This document shows positions 39,862 through 52,941 of a stretch of DNA of 64,000 nt, piece by piece. Below the pieces are notes generated by a model. That model ran no database searches, was not told the DNA's origin, and worked only from the letters and a program-made list of their open reading frames with translations. A program made the translations under genes and the position numbers. The stretch is from assembly GCA_000004695.1 (NCBI GenBank), contig CM000151.3, positions 7,104,001 through 7,168,000 of the forward strand, read 5' to 3'. The first letter of the stretch is position 1. Each line of letters opens with the position of its first letter. Source of the DNA: Dictyostelium discoideum (Eukaryota).

Positions 39862-40625
39862 ATGACAAACAACAATTTAAATAAAGAAGGTAATTATTTA
39901 TTAAATAAAAATAAAAAAATAAAAAAAAAAATAAAAGTTTAAATTATTAATTTTTTAATTACATATATATGTTTTAATTAGTTAATCATTTAGAAAAAGA
40001 AGCAGTATCAGCATATGATAATACAAAAGAAGCAACAATTAATGCATACAATGCAACAACAAATGCAGTGAGTGATGGTATGAAATATGTTGGTGATTCA
40101 TTATCATCAGCAGTCGAAGTAACAAAAGATGCAACAATCAATATGTATAATGCAACAACTAATGCAGTGAGTGATGGTTATGAATCTTTAAAATCAAAAA
40201 CAAATGAATTAATCAGCAATACTCAAAATGAAAATGAAAATTTAAAAGATGGTGCTTCAAAGAAAATCGAAGAATTAAAAGATAAATCAAGTGAAGTAAA
40301 AGATAATTTAAAGGGAAAAGGTGAAGAACTAGTTGACGATGCTAAAGATGCTGCTCATAATGCTTCAAATAAATTGAATAATGCTAAAGATCAAGTTTCT
40401 GATAAAATGGATAATGTAAAAGATGATATAAAGAAAAAAGGTGAAGAAATAGTTGACAATTCTAAAGATGCTGCCAATAATACTTCAAATAAAATGAATA
40501 ATGTTAAAGATCAAGTTTCTGATAAAATGGAACATGTAAAACATGATATATCAAATAAATACAATGAAACAAAAACAGAAGCTTCCCATAAACTAAATCA
40601 AGCTGCAAATAAAATCGACCAATAA
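39862..40625 (+). CDS. LEA/apolipophorin-like hydrophilic repeat protein, array copy 1 (2 exons, about 223 aa)
   Basis: Exon 1 39862..39889 (MTNNNLNKE plus G; donor GT at 39890) and exon 2 39982..40625. The product continues VNHLEKEAVSAYDNTKEATINAYNATTNAVSDGMKYVGDSLSS... with about 40-aa repeats (KDAAHNASNKLNNAKDQVSDKMDNVKDDIKKKGEEIVD). Confidence 0.65.
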
Positions 40626-40840
40626 TTTTAAAATTAAAAATAAATTAAAGAAAAAAAAAAAGATTTAAAAAAATTAATTACACCTGTATTTATAGATTTT
40701 TATTTTTTTTAAATTTTTTCCAAAATTATCTTTTTTGAAAATCAATGTTTTTTAATTTTTTTTTTTTTTTTTTTAATTTTTAGTGTGAGATTTCCCATCC
40801 AAACTTTTTTTTTTTATTTTTTTTTTTTTTACAAAATAAT

Positions 40841-40924
40841 TATGTGTGCCGGGTTTCGATCCCGGGAATCGGTTAACGAAATGAAGCCCTGAACGTCACG
40901 CAATAACCACTCTGCCACACACTT
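40841..40924 (-). tRNA. tRNA-like gene with a long variable arm (type II; anticodon loop TTCAGGG, so Leu-CAG-like); imperfect stems, possibly a pseudogene
   Basis: The minus strand reads AAGTGTGTGGCAGAGTGGTTATTGCGTGACGTTCAGGGCTTCATTTCGTTAACCGATTCCCGGGATCGAAACCCGGCACACATA. It has A-box TGGCAGAGTGG, a T-arm CCGGG-ATCGAAA-CCCGG, a 16-nt variable arm, one A:A mismatch in the acceptor stem and one C:T mismatch in the anticodon stem. Confidence 0.45.
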
Positions 40925-41277
40925 AATTTTTTTTTTTTTTTTTTTAAATCGAAATTTTTATTATTTTTTTTTTCCAGATTATTTCTACTTAATCTTAGAA
41001 TCTTTGAGTTTTTTGGGAAATAAAAAAATAGTCAACAACCTCTCTTTTATATTAAATGAAAAAAAAAATTTCTAATTAATGGTTTTTAAGTTTAAATTCA
41101 ACATTAATTTTGGCAATCCAAAAAAAAAAAAAAAATTAATTTTTATTATTATTAGAAAAAAAAAAAAAAAATTTTTATTATTATTTTTTATTTAAATTTA
41201 ATTCGTTTATTTAATTTATAATAAAAAGTCGCCCAAATATATTAATGTTTTGTTTTGTTTTTTTTCTTTTTTTTTTT

Positions 41278-41517
41278 TCAATAATTTACAAAGTTTGGTC
41301 TTGTAAAAAATGATGATGCACTTATCAATGCAATTGTATCATTTGATTGATTGATTGAATTATTTAAATTATTTGAGATCGATGAATCACTTTTTGAAGA
41401 TGATTTAAATGAGAATGAAATTAATGATTCTAAATAATTTTTAAAAAAAAAGTTAATTAATAATTATTCATTGGAAAATAAAAAAATTATTGTTTAGAAA
41501 TACATACTGAATAACAT
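41278..41517 (-). CDS. small Ser/Asn-rich protein, MLFK...FFTRPNFVNY family, type-A copy 1 (53 aa)
   Basis: Exon 1 41508..41517 (ATGTTATTCA; donor GTATGT) and exon 2 41278..41429 (acceptor aaattatttag; phase 1). The product is MLFKSLISFSFKSSSKSDSSISNNLNNSINQSNDTIALISASSFFTRPNFVNY. Confidence 0.6.
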
Positions 41518-43001
41518 TTTAGTTTTTATTCTTTATATTAATAGTTTGATATTTAATTTTTAATATTTGTTTCAATTTGATAATGATTATTATTTTTTTT
41601 TTTTTCTATTTATACTTTTTTTTTTTTTACCCCATTTGTTTTTTTTTTTTTTTTTTTTAATTTTATTCTTTTCTAAAAATAACCACACTCTTTATTATAA
41701 TTAAACAATATTAAAAGAGTATTAAAATTAAATTTAAAATTATGTTGTCGACATAAACATTACCTTTTAAAAAATCAAAAATTAAATGTTATCAACATGA
41801 ATGAGATTTATGATTTTGTATTATTATTATTATTATTATTATTATTGGAACAATATTGATATTAATCATTTAAAATTCAAATTAAACCATAGTTTTAATA
41901 ATTATAATTGTTAAAATTATAATTGATATAATTATTAAAACTATGATTTAAAATAAAATAAATAATTTTTTATTTAAGAATAATAAAAGCCTAAATAAAT
42001 AAAAAATTGATTGGATTAATTTCCTTTATTAATTTATTTAATTAAAATAAAATAATTGGTTTTTGGTTTAATGAATTCCTTTATTGATTTTTGTTTGGTT
42101 GGTCGTTTTTAAATATTAATCCACATTGAATAAATAAATTTAAAAATTGGGAAATTATTTAAAGAATTCATATAAATTCTCTAATTAAAATAAAATTTAA
42201 AAACAATAGTTATTATTTTACCGAGATATCATCAAATGAATGTTTTCCAAAATTATAAAAAAAATAAATGTTCATTGTAATTGGATTTAAAAGAGTAGTT
42301 AACTTTGTTTTTTATTTATTTTAATTTTAGTTATTTTTTCAAAAAAACAGTGAGGATTAATTTTTTAAAAAAGAAATGGTAAATTAGAATTTTATCTATT
42401 GAAATGATATCACTTTCAATACATTGAGTTATTTAAAATGATGACATTATTTTTTTAATCATTTGTTTTTTGATTGCTTCATTTATAAATACACCATAAA
42501 TATTCCGTAAAAAACTAATTAATTTTGATAAAAAAAAATGATCTGAATGACATAATTTAAATATAGAAGAATAAATAAAAAAAAAATAATCATTTTTCAA
42601 TGATACTCATGGATTTTATTTTTATTCCCTTTAAAAGATGAGTAATTGAGGATTTTAAATGATTATTTTAATGATGTAAATAATGTTTTCAACTATTATA
42701 TTGAATCAATTTAACAATGATGATAGAATCATACTTTTTTTAGTGTGTAAAATAATAAAAAATATTTAAAAAATAAAAAAAAAAACTTTTTTTAAATCAA
42801 AAGATAATAAAATCATTATCTTGTACTTGTTAGTATCATACTTCTTGATTAAAATTTATTTACTTTATTATTTAACTTGTATGTCAACATAATAATTTTA
42901 CAAAAAAAATTAAATATTCCATATCTCTTGTTTAGGGTTATGTAGTGGTTAAAAATGGTGTAATTATTTAGCGGGGTAAAATAAAAAAAAAGATAAAAAA
43001 A

Positions 43002-43009
43002 AAAAAAAA
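43002..43009 (+). promoter_or_regulatory. TATA box (TATAAATA) about 95 bp upstream of B-type small gene 1
   Basis: gtataaatagaatttt is conserved upstream of all five B copies at the same distance. Confidence 0.4.
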
Positions 43010-43103
43010 AGTATAAATAGAATTTTTATTTTTTTAATTTATTCCAAAATAAAAACCAATTGTTAATTAAATAAATATATATTAAAAAAATCCTAAAAAT
43101 AAA

Positions 43104-43351
43104 ATGTTATTCAGTATGTATTTTAAAAAAAAAAAAAAAAAAAAAAAATTAAAAAACAAAATTCTAATTAATTTATTTTATTATTTATAGAATCAATTAT
43201 TTCATTATCAAATAAATCATCAAATGTTTCATCATCAAAATCATTATTATCAAATGACTCTAATTTAAATTCATTTGATTTTACATGTAATACTGTCTCA
43301 AATAAGAGTTCAACAACATTCTTTACAAGACCAAACTTTGTAAACTATTAA
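43104..43351 (+). CDS. small Ser/Asn-rich protein, MLFK family, type-B copy 1 (56 aa)
   Basis: Exon 1 43104..43113 (ATGTTATTCA; donor GTATGT) and exon 2 43191..43351 (acceptor ttatttatag). The product is MLFKSIISLSNKSSNVSSSKSLLSNDSNLNSFDFTCNTVSNKSSTTFFTRPNFVNY. Confidence 0.6.
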
Positions 43352-44981
43352 AAAAAAAAAAAAAAAATTAAAAATTTTAATTAAAGTACGAACATAAAAA
43401 ACTTATTTATTAAAAATGTACCGACCAAATTTGTAAATAAAATAAAAAAACAATAAAAAACATTTAAAAAAAAAAAAAAAAAAATTTTTTTTTGTTTAAA
43501 TTATTTGTATTTTACTAAAAAAAAAAAAAAAAAATAGAATGAAGTGGATTTTATGATTAATATTTTTTAAATCGATTTTCATTTATTAAACTCTTATATA
43601 AATATAATAATCTATTAAAAATTAAAAAATCTTTTTTTTTTTTTTTATCACATTTTAAAATTATTTATTAATTTAATAAATTTTATTATTGGTATTATTT
43701 TTTTTAATATTAAATTATAAATAAATGATTATTAAATTATTATTATTCATAAGAAAATAATATTATGTTTTGATTTTTTTATAATAAAAAAGGAATAAAT
43801 TATTTAAAAAAATAAAAAATTTTTATTTTGTTGGGTTATATAGTTTTTATAGCCCAATTAAGAATTCATAAGTCATATAGGCCGTGTAGCATTTGTTAAA
43901 TGGACTATAATTATTATATCCCAAATAGTCCTTTTAAAAATTTTACCTGGCTGTGAACATTGTATATTGGGTTCCTTTATTTATTTTTGTTTGGTTGGTA
44001 ATTTCTTTAAAAATATTAATCCATTTTGATCAAATAAATTAAGGAATTGGGAAATATATTAGAGAATTAATTTATATTTTATAATAATTTTATTTTTAAA
44101 TTTATTTTTATTATTTTAAAAAGTTGTCCTCAAATGAAAGTATTTCAAAATTTTTAAAAAAATAATCATTGCAAAAGGAATTTTCTTTAAAAGAGTACTT
44201 TAGTTTTGTTATTAATCTTATTTATATTGATTTTAGTTATTTTAATTATTTTTTAAATAGCCAATGGGATTAGTTTCTTTTTATCTATTGAAATGATCAT
44301 TTTAAATACAATCAATGATTTTATAATGATGATATTATTTGGTCCTTTGTTTTATAATTTCTTCATTTATATATACATCCCTTAAAAATTAAATATTCTT
44401 GATTTAATATATAATCTAATTGATATAATTTAAATAAAAACAAAAAAAAGAAATATAAAAACATCATTTTTCGATGATACTTGTGGGTTATCATTTTTTT
44501 CCCTTTAAAAGATGAGTAATTGAGGACTTTAAATGATTATTTTAATTATGTAAATAATGTTTTCAACTATTTTATTGAATCAATTTAACAATGATGATAG
44601 AATCATATATTTATTTAGTGTCGAAAATAATAAAAAATAAAAAAAAAAAATAAAAAAAAAACTTTTTTAAATCAAAAGATAATGAAATCATAATCTTGTA
44701 CTTGTTAGTATCATACTTCTTGATTAAAATTTATTTACTTTATTATTTAACTTGTATGTCAACATAATAATTTTACAAAAAAATATAATATTCCTTATCT
44801 CTTGTTTAGGGTTCTGTAGTGGTTAAAAATGGGGTAATTATTTAGTGGGGTAAAATAAATAAAAAAAGATAAAAAAAAAATAAAAAAAAAAGTATAAATA
44901 GAATTTTTATTTTTTTAATTTATTCCAAAATAAAAATCAATTGTTAAATAAATAAATATAAATTAAAAAAAACCTAAAAAA

Positions 44982-45229
44982 ATGTTATTCAGTATGTATT
45001 AAATAAAAAAAAAAAAAAAAAATTAAAAAAATAACAAAATTCTAATTAATATATTTTATTATTTTTAGAATCAATTATTTCATTATCAAATAAATCATCA
45101 AATGTTGCATCATCAAAATCATTATTATCAAATGACTCTAATTTAAATTCATTTGATTTTACATGTAATACTGTCTCAAATAAGAGTTCAACAACATTCT
45201 TTACAAGACCAAACTTTGTAAACTATTAA
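44982..45229 (+). CDS. MLFK family type-B copy 2
   Basis: Exons 44982..44991 and 45069..45229. It has the same structure and is near-identical to B1 (NVASSKS variant). Confidence 0.6.
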
Positions 45230-45530
45230 AAAAAAAAAAAAAAACAATTAAAAATTAATTAAAGTGCGAAACATAAAAAAAACTTATTTATTAAAAAGGG
45301 ACCGACCAAATAAAAAAAAAAATTAAAAAAAAAATTTTATTATAAATTTTGTTTAACTTTTTCGTAAATTATTTGTGGATTTTAGTTTTTTTTTTTTTTG
45401 GGCTTTTTCTTTAAATGATTATTTTGTGACTATGATTTATTAAAAAAATTAAAAAAAACAAAAAAAAACATTTTCAAATGAAATTTAAACCATTATAATA
45501 ATATACAACCACTTATTTTTATAAATTTCA

Positions 45531-45564
<34 letters not shown>

Positions 45565-45778
45565 ATAATTATTTTTTATTTGAATAAATAAAATTGTGGT
45601 AAATTTTTTATTACATATTGGTATATAAATAATTTTTTTTAATTGAATTTTAATTAATTATTTTTCATATTTTAAAAAAGATTCAAATAAATAATTTTAT
45701 AATAAAATAAAAAAGAAAGAAAATAATTTATTTGATTTTTTTTTTTTTTTTTTTAATAAAAAATGAAAAAGAAAAAAC

Positions 45779-45786
45779 TATAAATA
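45779..45786 (+). promoter_or_regulatory. TATA box about 95 bp upstream of LEA-like copy 2
   Basis: actataaatagaataaattaaat is conserved upstream of LEA copies 2-6 (also at 47607, 51246, 55032 and 58652). Confidence 0.4.
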
Positions 45787-45873
45787 GAATAAATTAAATT
45801 ATTATTTCAATCAAAAAATATTAAACAAATAAAATTTTAAAAGTAATACTACAAAATAAAGAAATAATAAAAA

Positions 45874-46633
45874 ATGACAAACAACAATTTAAATAAAGAA
45901 GGTTGGTATATAACTACCCCAATATGAAATTTAATTTAATATATAGTTATTAATATAATTTTTTTTTTTTTTAAAATTACAAAATTTAGTTAATCATTTA
46001 GAAAAACAAGCAGTATCAGCATATGATAATACAAAAGAAGCAACAATCAACGCATACAATGCAACAACAAATGCAATGAGTGATGGTATGAAATATGTTA
46101 GTGACTCATTATCATCAGCAGTCGAAGTAACAAAAGATGCAACAATCAATATGTATAATGCAACAACTAATGCAGTGAGTGATGGTTATGAATCTTTAAA
46201 ATCAAAAACAAATGAATTAATCAACAATACTCAAAATGAAAATGAAAATTTAAAAGATGGTGCTTCAAAGAAAATCGAAGAATTAAAAGATAAATCAAGT
46301 GAAGTAAAAGATAATTTAAAGGAAAAAGGTGAAGAACTAGTTGACGATGCTAAAGATGCCGCTCATAATGCTTCAAATAAATTGAATAACGCTAAAGATC
46401 AAGTTTCTGATAAAATGGATAATGTAAAAGACGATATAAAGAAAAAAGGTGAAGAAATAGTTGACAATTCTAAAGATACTGCCAATAATACTTCAAATAA
46501 AATGAATAATGTTAAAGATCAAGTCTCTGATAAAATGGAACATGTAAAACATGATATGTCAAACAAATACAATGAAACAAAAACAGAAGCTGCTCATAAA
46601 CTAAATCAAGCTGCAAATAAAATCGATCAATAA
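45874..46633 (+). CDS. LEA-like repeat protein, array copy 2
   Basis: Exons 45874..45901 and 45990..46633. The frame is open through both exons and the internal ATG is at 46076. Confidence 0.65.
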
Positions 46634-46802
46634 TAAAATTAAATAAAGAAAAAAAAAAAATCCAACATTTAATAGAATAAAAAAAAAAAAAAACAAAATC
46701 AATTCTTATGTTTTATATAAATTTAATTCGTTTATTTAATTTATAATAAAAAGTCGCCCAAATATTTTAATGTTTATAAAGTTTGTTTTTTTTTTTTTTT
46801 TT

Positions 46803-47040
46803 TTAATAATTTACAAAGTTTGGTCTTGTAAAAAACGACGATGCACTTATCATTACAATTGTATCATTTGATTGATTTATTGTATTATTTAAATTGTTAG
46901 AGATCGATGAATCACTTTTTGAATATGATTTTAATGAAAATGAAGTTAATGATTCTAAAAAATTTTAAAAAAAAAAGTTAATTAATAATTTATTCATTGG
47001 AAAAAAAAACTATTATTTAAAAATACATACTGAATAACAT
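46803..47040 (-). CDS. MLFK family type-A copy 2
   Basis: Exons 47031..47040 and 46803..46954. The product is MLFKSLTSFSLKSYSKSDSSISNNLNNTINQSNDTIVMISASSFFTRPNFVNY. Confidence 0.6.
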
Positions 47041-47076
47041 TTTGATTTTTTTTTCTTTATTTATATTAAAAGTTTA

Positions 47077-47176
47077 NNNNNNNNNNNNNNNNNNNNNNNN
47101 NNNNNNNNNNNNNNNNNNNNNNNNNNNNNNNNNNNNNNNNNNNNNNNNNNNNNNNNNNNNNNNNNNNNNNNNNNNN
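47077..47176. other. assembly gap (100 N) inside the tandem array
   Basis: A run of N; the flanks correspond to non-adjacent parts of the repeat unit. Confidence 0.95.
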
Positions 47177-47706
47177 TGACTTTTAATAAATCATTTGATT
47201 TTGAAAAAAAAAAAAAAAATTGTAATAAACTGAAATGTGTACGAGATTTAATGACAATGGGTTTTTAAAATAAAAAATAAAAAAAAAAGGATGATTTCCA
47301 AATGAAAAATTATTAAACAATTATAATAATACAACCTCCTATTTTTATAAATTTACCCCAAAAAAAAAAAAAAAATAAAAAAAAAAAAAAAATTTTTATT
47401 ATTTGAAAAATAAAAAATTATTAATAATTGTGATAATTTTTCAATTACATCATGGTATATAATTAATTTTTTTTTAATTGAATTATTTTTCATATTTTAA
47501 AAAAGATTCAAATAAATAATTTTATAATAAAATAAAAAAGAAAGAAAATAATTTATTTGATTTATTTTTTTTTTTTTTTTTTTTTAAAAAATGAAAAAGA
47601 AAAAACTATAAATAGAATAAATTAAATCATTATTTCAATCAAAAAATACCCAAACAAATAAAATTAAAAAGTAATACTACAAAATAAAGAAATAAGAAAA
47701 TAAAAA

Positions 47707-48462
47707 ATGACAAACAACAATTTAAATAAAGAAGGTTGGTATTGAACTAATCCAATATGAAATATATTTTAAAATATTAATAAAATTTTTTATTTATTTT
47801 CAAAATTACAAAATTTAGTTAATCATTTAGAAAAACAAGCAGTATCAGCATATGATAACACAAAAGAAGCAACAATCAATGCATACAATGCAACAACAAA
47901 TGCAATGAGTGATGGTATGAAATATGTTGGTGATTCATTATCATCAGCAGTCGAAGTAACAAAAGATGCAACTATCAATATGTATAATGCAACAACTAAT
48001 GCAGTGAGTGATGGTTATGAATCTTTAAAATCAAAAACAAATGCATTAATCAACAATACTCAAAATGAAAATGAAAATTTAAAAGATGGTGCTTCAAAGA
48101 AAATCGAAGAATTAAAAGATAAATCAAGTGAAGTAAAAGATAATTTAAAGGGAAAAGGTGAAGAACTAGTTGACGATGCTAAAGATGCTGCTCATAATGC
48201 TTCAAATAAATTAAATAACGCTAAAGATCAAGTTTCTGATAAAATGGATAATGTAAAAGACGATATAAAGAAAAAAGGTGAAGAAATAGTTGACGATGCT
48301 AAAGATACTGCCAATAATGCCTCAGATAAATTGAATAATGTTAAAGATCAAGTCTCTGATAAAATGGAACATGTAAAACATGATATGTCAAACAAATACA
48401 ATGAAACAAAAACAGAAGCTGCTCATAAACTAAATCAAGCTGCAAATAAAATCGATCAATAA
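47707..48462 (+). CDS. LEA-like repeat protein, array copy 3
   Basis: Exons 47707..47734 and 47819..48462. Confidence 0.65.
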
Positions 48463-48616
48463 TAAAATTTTAAAACTAAAAGTAAAAAAAAAAATCCAAT
48501 AAATTGTATAAAAAAAAAAAATTATTATATCAATTCTTATGTTTTTATATAAATTTAATTCGTTTATTTAATTTATAATTATAAAAAGTCGCCCAAATAG
48601 TTTAATTTTTTTTTTT

Positions 48617-48856
48617 TTAATAATTTACAAAGTTTGGTCTTGTAAAAAATGATGATGTACTTTTCATAACAATTGTATCATTTGATTGATTGATTGAAAT
48701 ATTTAAATTGTTTGAGATCGATGAATCACTTTTTAATGATGATTTTAATGAAAATGAAATTAATGATTCTAAAAAATTTTTAAAAAAAAAGTTAATAATT
48801 TATTCATTGGAAAAAAAAAAAAAAAATATTGTTTAAATATACATACTGAATAACAT
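48617..48856 (-). CDS. MLFK family type-A copy 3
   Basis: Exons 48847..48856 and 48617..48768. Confidence 0.6.
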
Positions 48857-50410
48857 TTTAATTTTTTTTCTTTTTTTATATTAATAGTTAAATATTTAAT
48901 TTTTTATATTCTTTTTATTTTGATAATGATTATTATTTTTTTTTTTTCTATTTATACTTTTTTTTTTACCCCATTTGTTTTTTTTTTTTTTTTTTTTTTT
49001 TAATTTTATTCCTTTTTAAAATAATTAAACAAATGAAAAGAGTATAACAATTTAAATTAAAATTATGTTGTTGACATAAACATTACCTTGTAAAATATCA
49101 AACGATATATGTTATCAACATGTATGAGATTTATTATTATATGTTATTATTATTATTATCATTATGTTTTTTCAATGTCATTATTTAATTTTAAAATAAA
49201 CCAAAGTTTTAATAATAATATTTATAGTTTTTTAATAATTTAATTATACATAATATTGATTTTTCATTTTTTTCTTTTATAAATTTTATATAAATTTAAT
49301 ATTTTAGAATTATAAAAACCAAAATAAATCAAAAAATTGCACGTGTGGTTGTATCAATTTCTTTTTTCTAGAACAATTAATTGTTTGGAATGTATACTAG
49401 ATTCCTTTATTTTCTTTTGTTTGATTAGAAATTGTTTTAAAATATCAATCCACATTGAACAAATAAATTTTAAAATTGGGAAATTAATTAGGGAATTAAT
49501 ATTTTAAATATATTTAAAAAATAAAATTTTAAAAAAAAAAATAATTTTACCAAGTTGTCCTCTACGAAATTTATATAAAAATAAAAATTCATTGTAATTG
49601 GAATTTTATAAGAGTAGTTTATTTTGTTTTTTATCTTATTTATTTTATTTTATTGATTTTTGTTATTTTTTCAAAATACCGATGAGGATATGTTTTTTAA
49701 AAAAGAAATGTTATATTAGAATTATCTATTGAAATGATATATTTCAATACAATCAATAATTTAAAATGATAATATATTTTTTAATCTTTGTTTTTAATAT
49801 TCATTTATTAATATATCATAAACAATCCTAAAAATTACCTATGTTTGATTAAAAAATAATCTATATGACATAATTTTAAAATAAAAAGAATAAAAACATC
49901 ATTTTTCAGTGATACTCATGGATTTTCATTTTTTTCCCTTTAAAAGATGAGTAATTGAGGATTTTAAATGATTATTTTAATGATGTAAATAATATTTTCA
50001 ACTATTTTATTGAATCAATTTAACAATGATGATAGAATCATACATTTATCCAGTGTATAAAATAATTAAAATTATATAAAAAATAAAAAAACAAACTTTT
50101 TTTTAAATCAAAAGATATAAAATCATTATCTTGTACTTGTTAGTATCATACTTCTTGATTAAAATTTATTTACTTTATTATTTAACTTGTATATCAACAT
50201 AATAATTTTACAAAAAAAATAAAATATTCCATATCTCTTGTTTAGGGTTCTGTAGTGGTTAAAAATGGGGTAATTATTTAGTGGGGTAAAATAAAAAAAA
50301 AGAAAAAAAAAAAAAAAAAAAAAAAAAAGTATAAATAGAATTTATATTTTTTTAATTTATTCCAAAATAAAAATCAATTGTTAATTAAAAAAATAAATCC
50401 TAAAAATAGA

Positions 50411-50651
50411 ATGTTATTCAGTATGTATATTTATAAAAATAAAAAAATTTAGTAAACAAAATCCTAATTAATTTATTTTATTATTTATAGAATCAATTAT
50501 TTCATTATCAAATAAATCATCAAATGTTGCATCATCAAAATCATTATTATCAAATGACTCTAATTTAAATTCATTTGATTTTACATGTAATACTGTCTCA
50601 AATAAGAGTTCAACAACATTCTTTACAAGACCAAACTTTGTAAATTATTAA
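50411..50651 (+). CDS. MLFK family type-B copy 3
   Basis: Exons 50411..50420 and 50491..50651. Confidence 0.6.
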
Positions 50652-50997
50652 AAAAAAAAAAAAAAATTAAAAAAATTAATTAAAGAACGAATCATAAAAA
50701 AAACTTATTTATTAAAAAGGGACCGACCAAATGTATTAAATAAAATAAAACATTAAAAAATAATTTAAAAAAAAAATTATATTATCGTAATTTTGTGTAA
50801 TTTTTCATAAATCATTTGAGATTTTGTAAAAAAAAAAAAAAAAAATTAGAATTGATCAACTTAATTGTGTATGAGATTTAAGACAATGGATTGTTAAAAA
50901 TATATAAAAATAAAAACAAAAAGGATGATTTCCAAATGAAAAAATTATTAAACCATTATAATAAAAAAACATCCACCTATTTTTATAAATTTCCCCC

Positions 50998-51028
<31 letters not shown>

Positions 51029-51345
51029 TATTATTTGAAAAAATAAAAAATTATTAATAATTGTGATAATTTTTTTTATTACATCATGGTATATAATTAA
51101 TTTTTTTTTAATTGAATTTTAAATAATTATTTTTCATATTAAAAAAGATTCAAATAAATAATTTTAAAATAAAATAAAAAAGAAAGAAAATAATTTATTT
51201 GATTTATTTTTTTTTTTTTTTTTTATAAAATGAAAAAGAAAAAACTATAAATAGAATAAATTAAATTATTATTTCAATCAAAAAATACCCAAACAAATTA
51301 AATTAATAAGTAATACTACAAATTAAAGAAATAAAAAAATAAAAA

Positions 51346-52107
51346 ATGACAAACAACAATTTAAATAAAGAAGGTTGGTATATAACTACTCCAATATGAA
51401 ATTTAATTTAATATATAGTTATTAATATAATTTTTTTTTTATTTTCAAATTTATAAAATTTAGTTAATCATTTAGAAAAACAAGCAGTATCAGCATATGA
51501 TAATACAAAAGAAGCAACAATCAACGCATACAATGCAACAACAAATGCAATGAGTGATGGTATGAAATATGTTAGTGATTCATTATCATCAGCAGTCGAA
51601 GTAACAAAAGATGCAACTATCAATATGTATAATGCAACAACTAATGCAGTGAGTGATGGTTATGAATCTTTAAAATCAAAAACAAATGAATTAATCAACA
51701 ATACTCAAAATGAAAATGAAAAGTTAAAAGATGGTGCTTCAAAGAAAATCGAAGAATTAAAAGATAAATCAAGTGAAGTAAAAGAAAATCTAAAAGAAAA
51801 AGGTGAAGAACTAGTTGACGATGCTAAAGATGCCGCTCATAATGCTTCAAATAAATTGAATAACTCTAAAGATCAAGTTTCTGATAAAATGGATAATGCA
51901 AAAGACGTAATTAAGAAAAAAGGTGAAGAAATAGTTGACGATTCTAAAGATACTGCCAATAATACTTCAAATAAAATGAATAATGTTAAAGATCAAGTTT
52001 CAGATAAAATGGAACATGTAAAACATGATATATCAAATAAATACAATGAAACAAAAACAGAAGCTGCTCATAAACTAAATCAAGCTGCAAATAAAATCAA
52101 CCAATAA
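51346..52107 (+). CDS. LEA-like repeat protein, array copy 4
   Basis: Exons 51346..51373 and 51464..52107. Confidence 0.65.
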
Positions 52108-52193
52108 TAAAATTTTAAAACTAAAAATTAAATAAAAAAAAAAGATTTAAAATAATTAACTACCACAAAGACCAATTTTTAATATCAGTAATC

Positions 52194-52229
<36 letters not shown>

Positions 52230-52347
52230 AACAATAAATTGTTTTTAAAAAAAAAAAAAATTATTATTATTATCTATTTTTATTTTTTTTATATAAATTT
52301 AATTCGTTTATTTAATTTATAATAGAATGTCGCCCAATATTTAAATG

Positions 52348-52374
<27 letters not shown>

Positions 52375-52380
<6 letters not shown>

Positions 52381-52614
52381 ATTTACAAAGTTTGGTCTTG
52401 TAAAAAATGATGATGCACTTATCATTGCAATTGTATCATTTGATTGATTGATTGAATTATTTAAATTGTTTGAGATCGATGAATCACTTTTTGAAGATGA
52501 TTTTAATGAAAATGAAATTAATGATTCTAAATAATTTTAAAAAAAAAAAAGTTAATAATTAATTCATTGGAAAAAAAAAAAATTACTGTTTTAGAAATAC
52601 ATACTGAATAACAT
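52375..52614 (-). CDS. MLFK family type-A copy 4
   Basis: Exons 52605..52614 and 52375..52526. Confidence 0.6.
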
Positions 52615-52905
52615 TTTATTTTTTCTTTTTATATTAATAGTTTAATATTTAATTTTTTAAATTCGTTTTAATTTGATAATGATTATTTTTTTTTTTTCTA
52701 TTTATACTTTTTTTTTTTACCCCCTTTGTTTTTTTTTTTTTTAATTTTTCTTTTCTAGAAATAACCACACTCTTTATTAAAATTAAACAATATTAAAAGA
52801 GTATTAATAAAATTAAATTTAAAATTGTGTTGTCGACATAAACATTACCTTTTAAAAAATCAAAAGATATATATGTTATCAACATGTATGAGATTTATGA
52901 TTTTA

Positions 52906-52941
<36 letters not shown>

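Noticed and set aside
40068-40082. Track starts such as GTG 40068, TTG 3115, TTG 20599, TTG 22137 and TTG 30782 (M shown in translations)
   Set aside because: These are alternative-start artefacts of the ORF caller. The real eukaryotic starts are the upstream ATGs, or the exons are joined by splicing to upstream exons.
41285-43350. 22-nt sequence found in inverted orientation on both sides of each spacer; first taken for transposon terminal inverted repeats
   Set aside because: It is the conserved C-terminal coding sequence (TRPNFVNY-stop) of oppositely oriented paralogous small genes. No target-site duplications are present.
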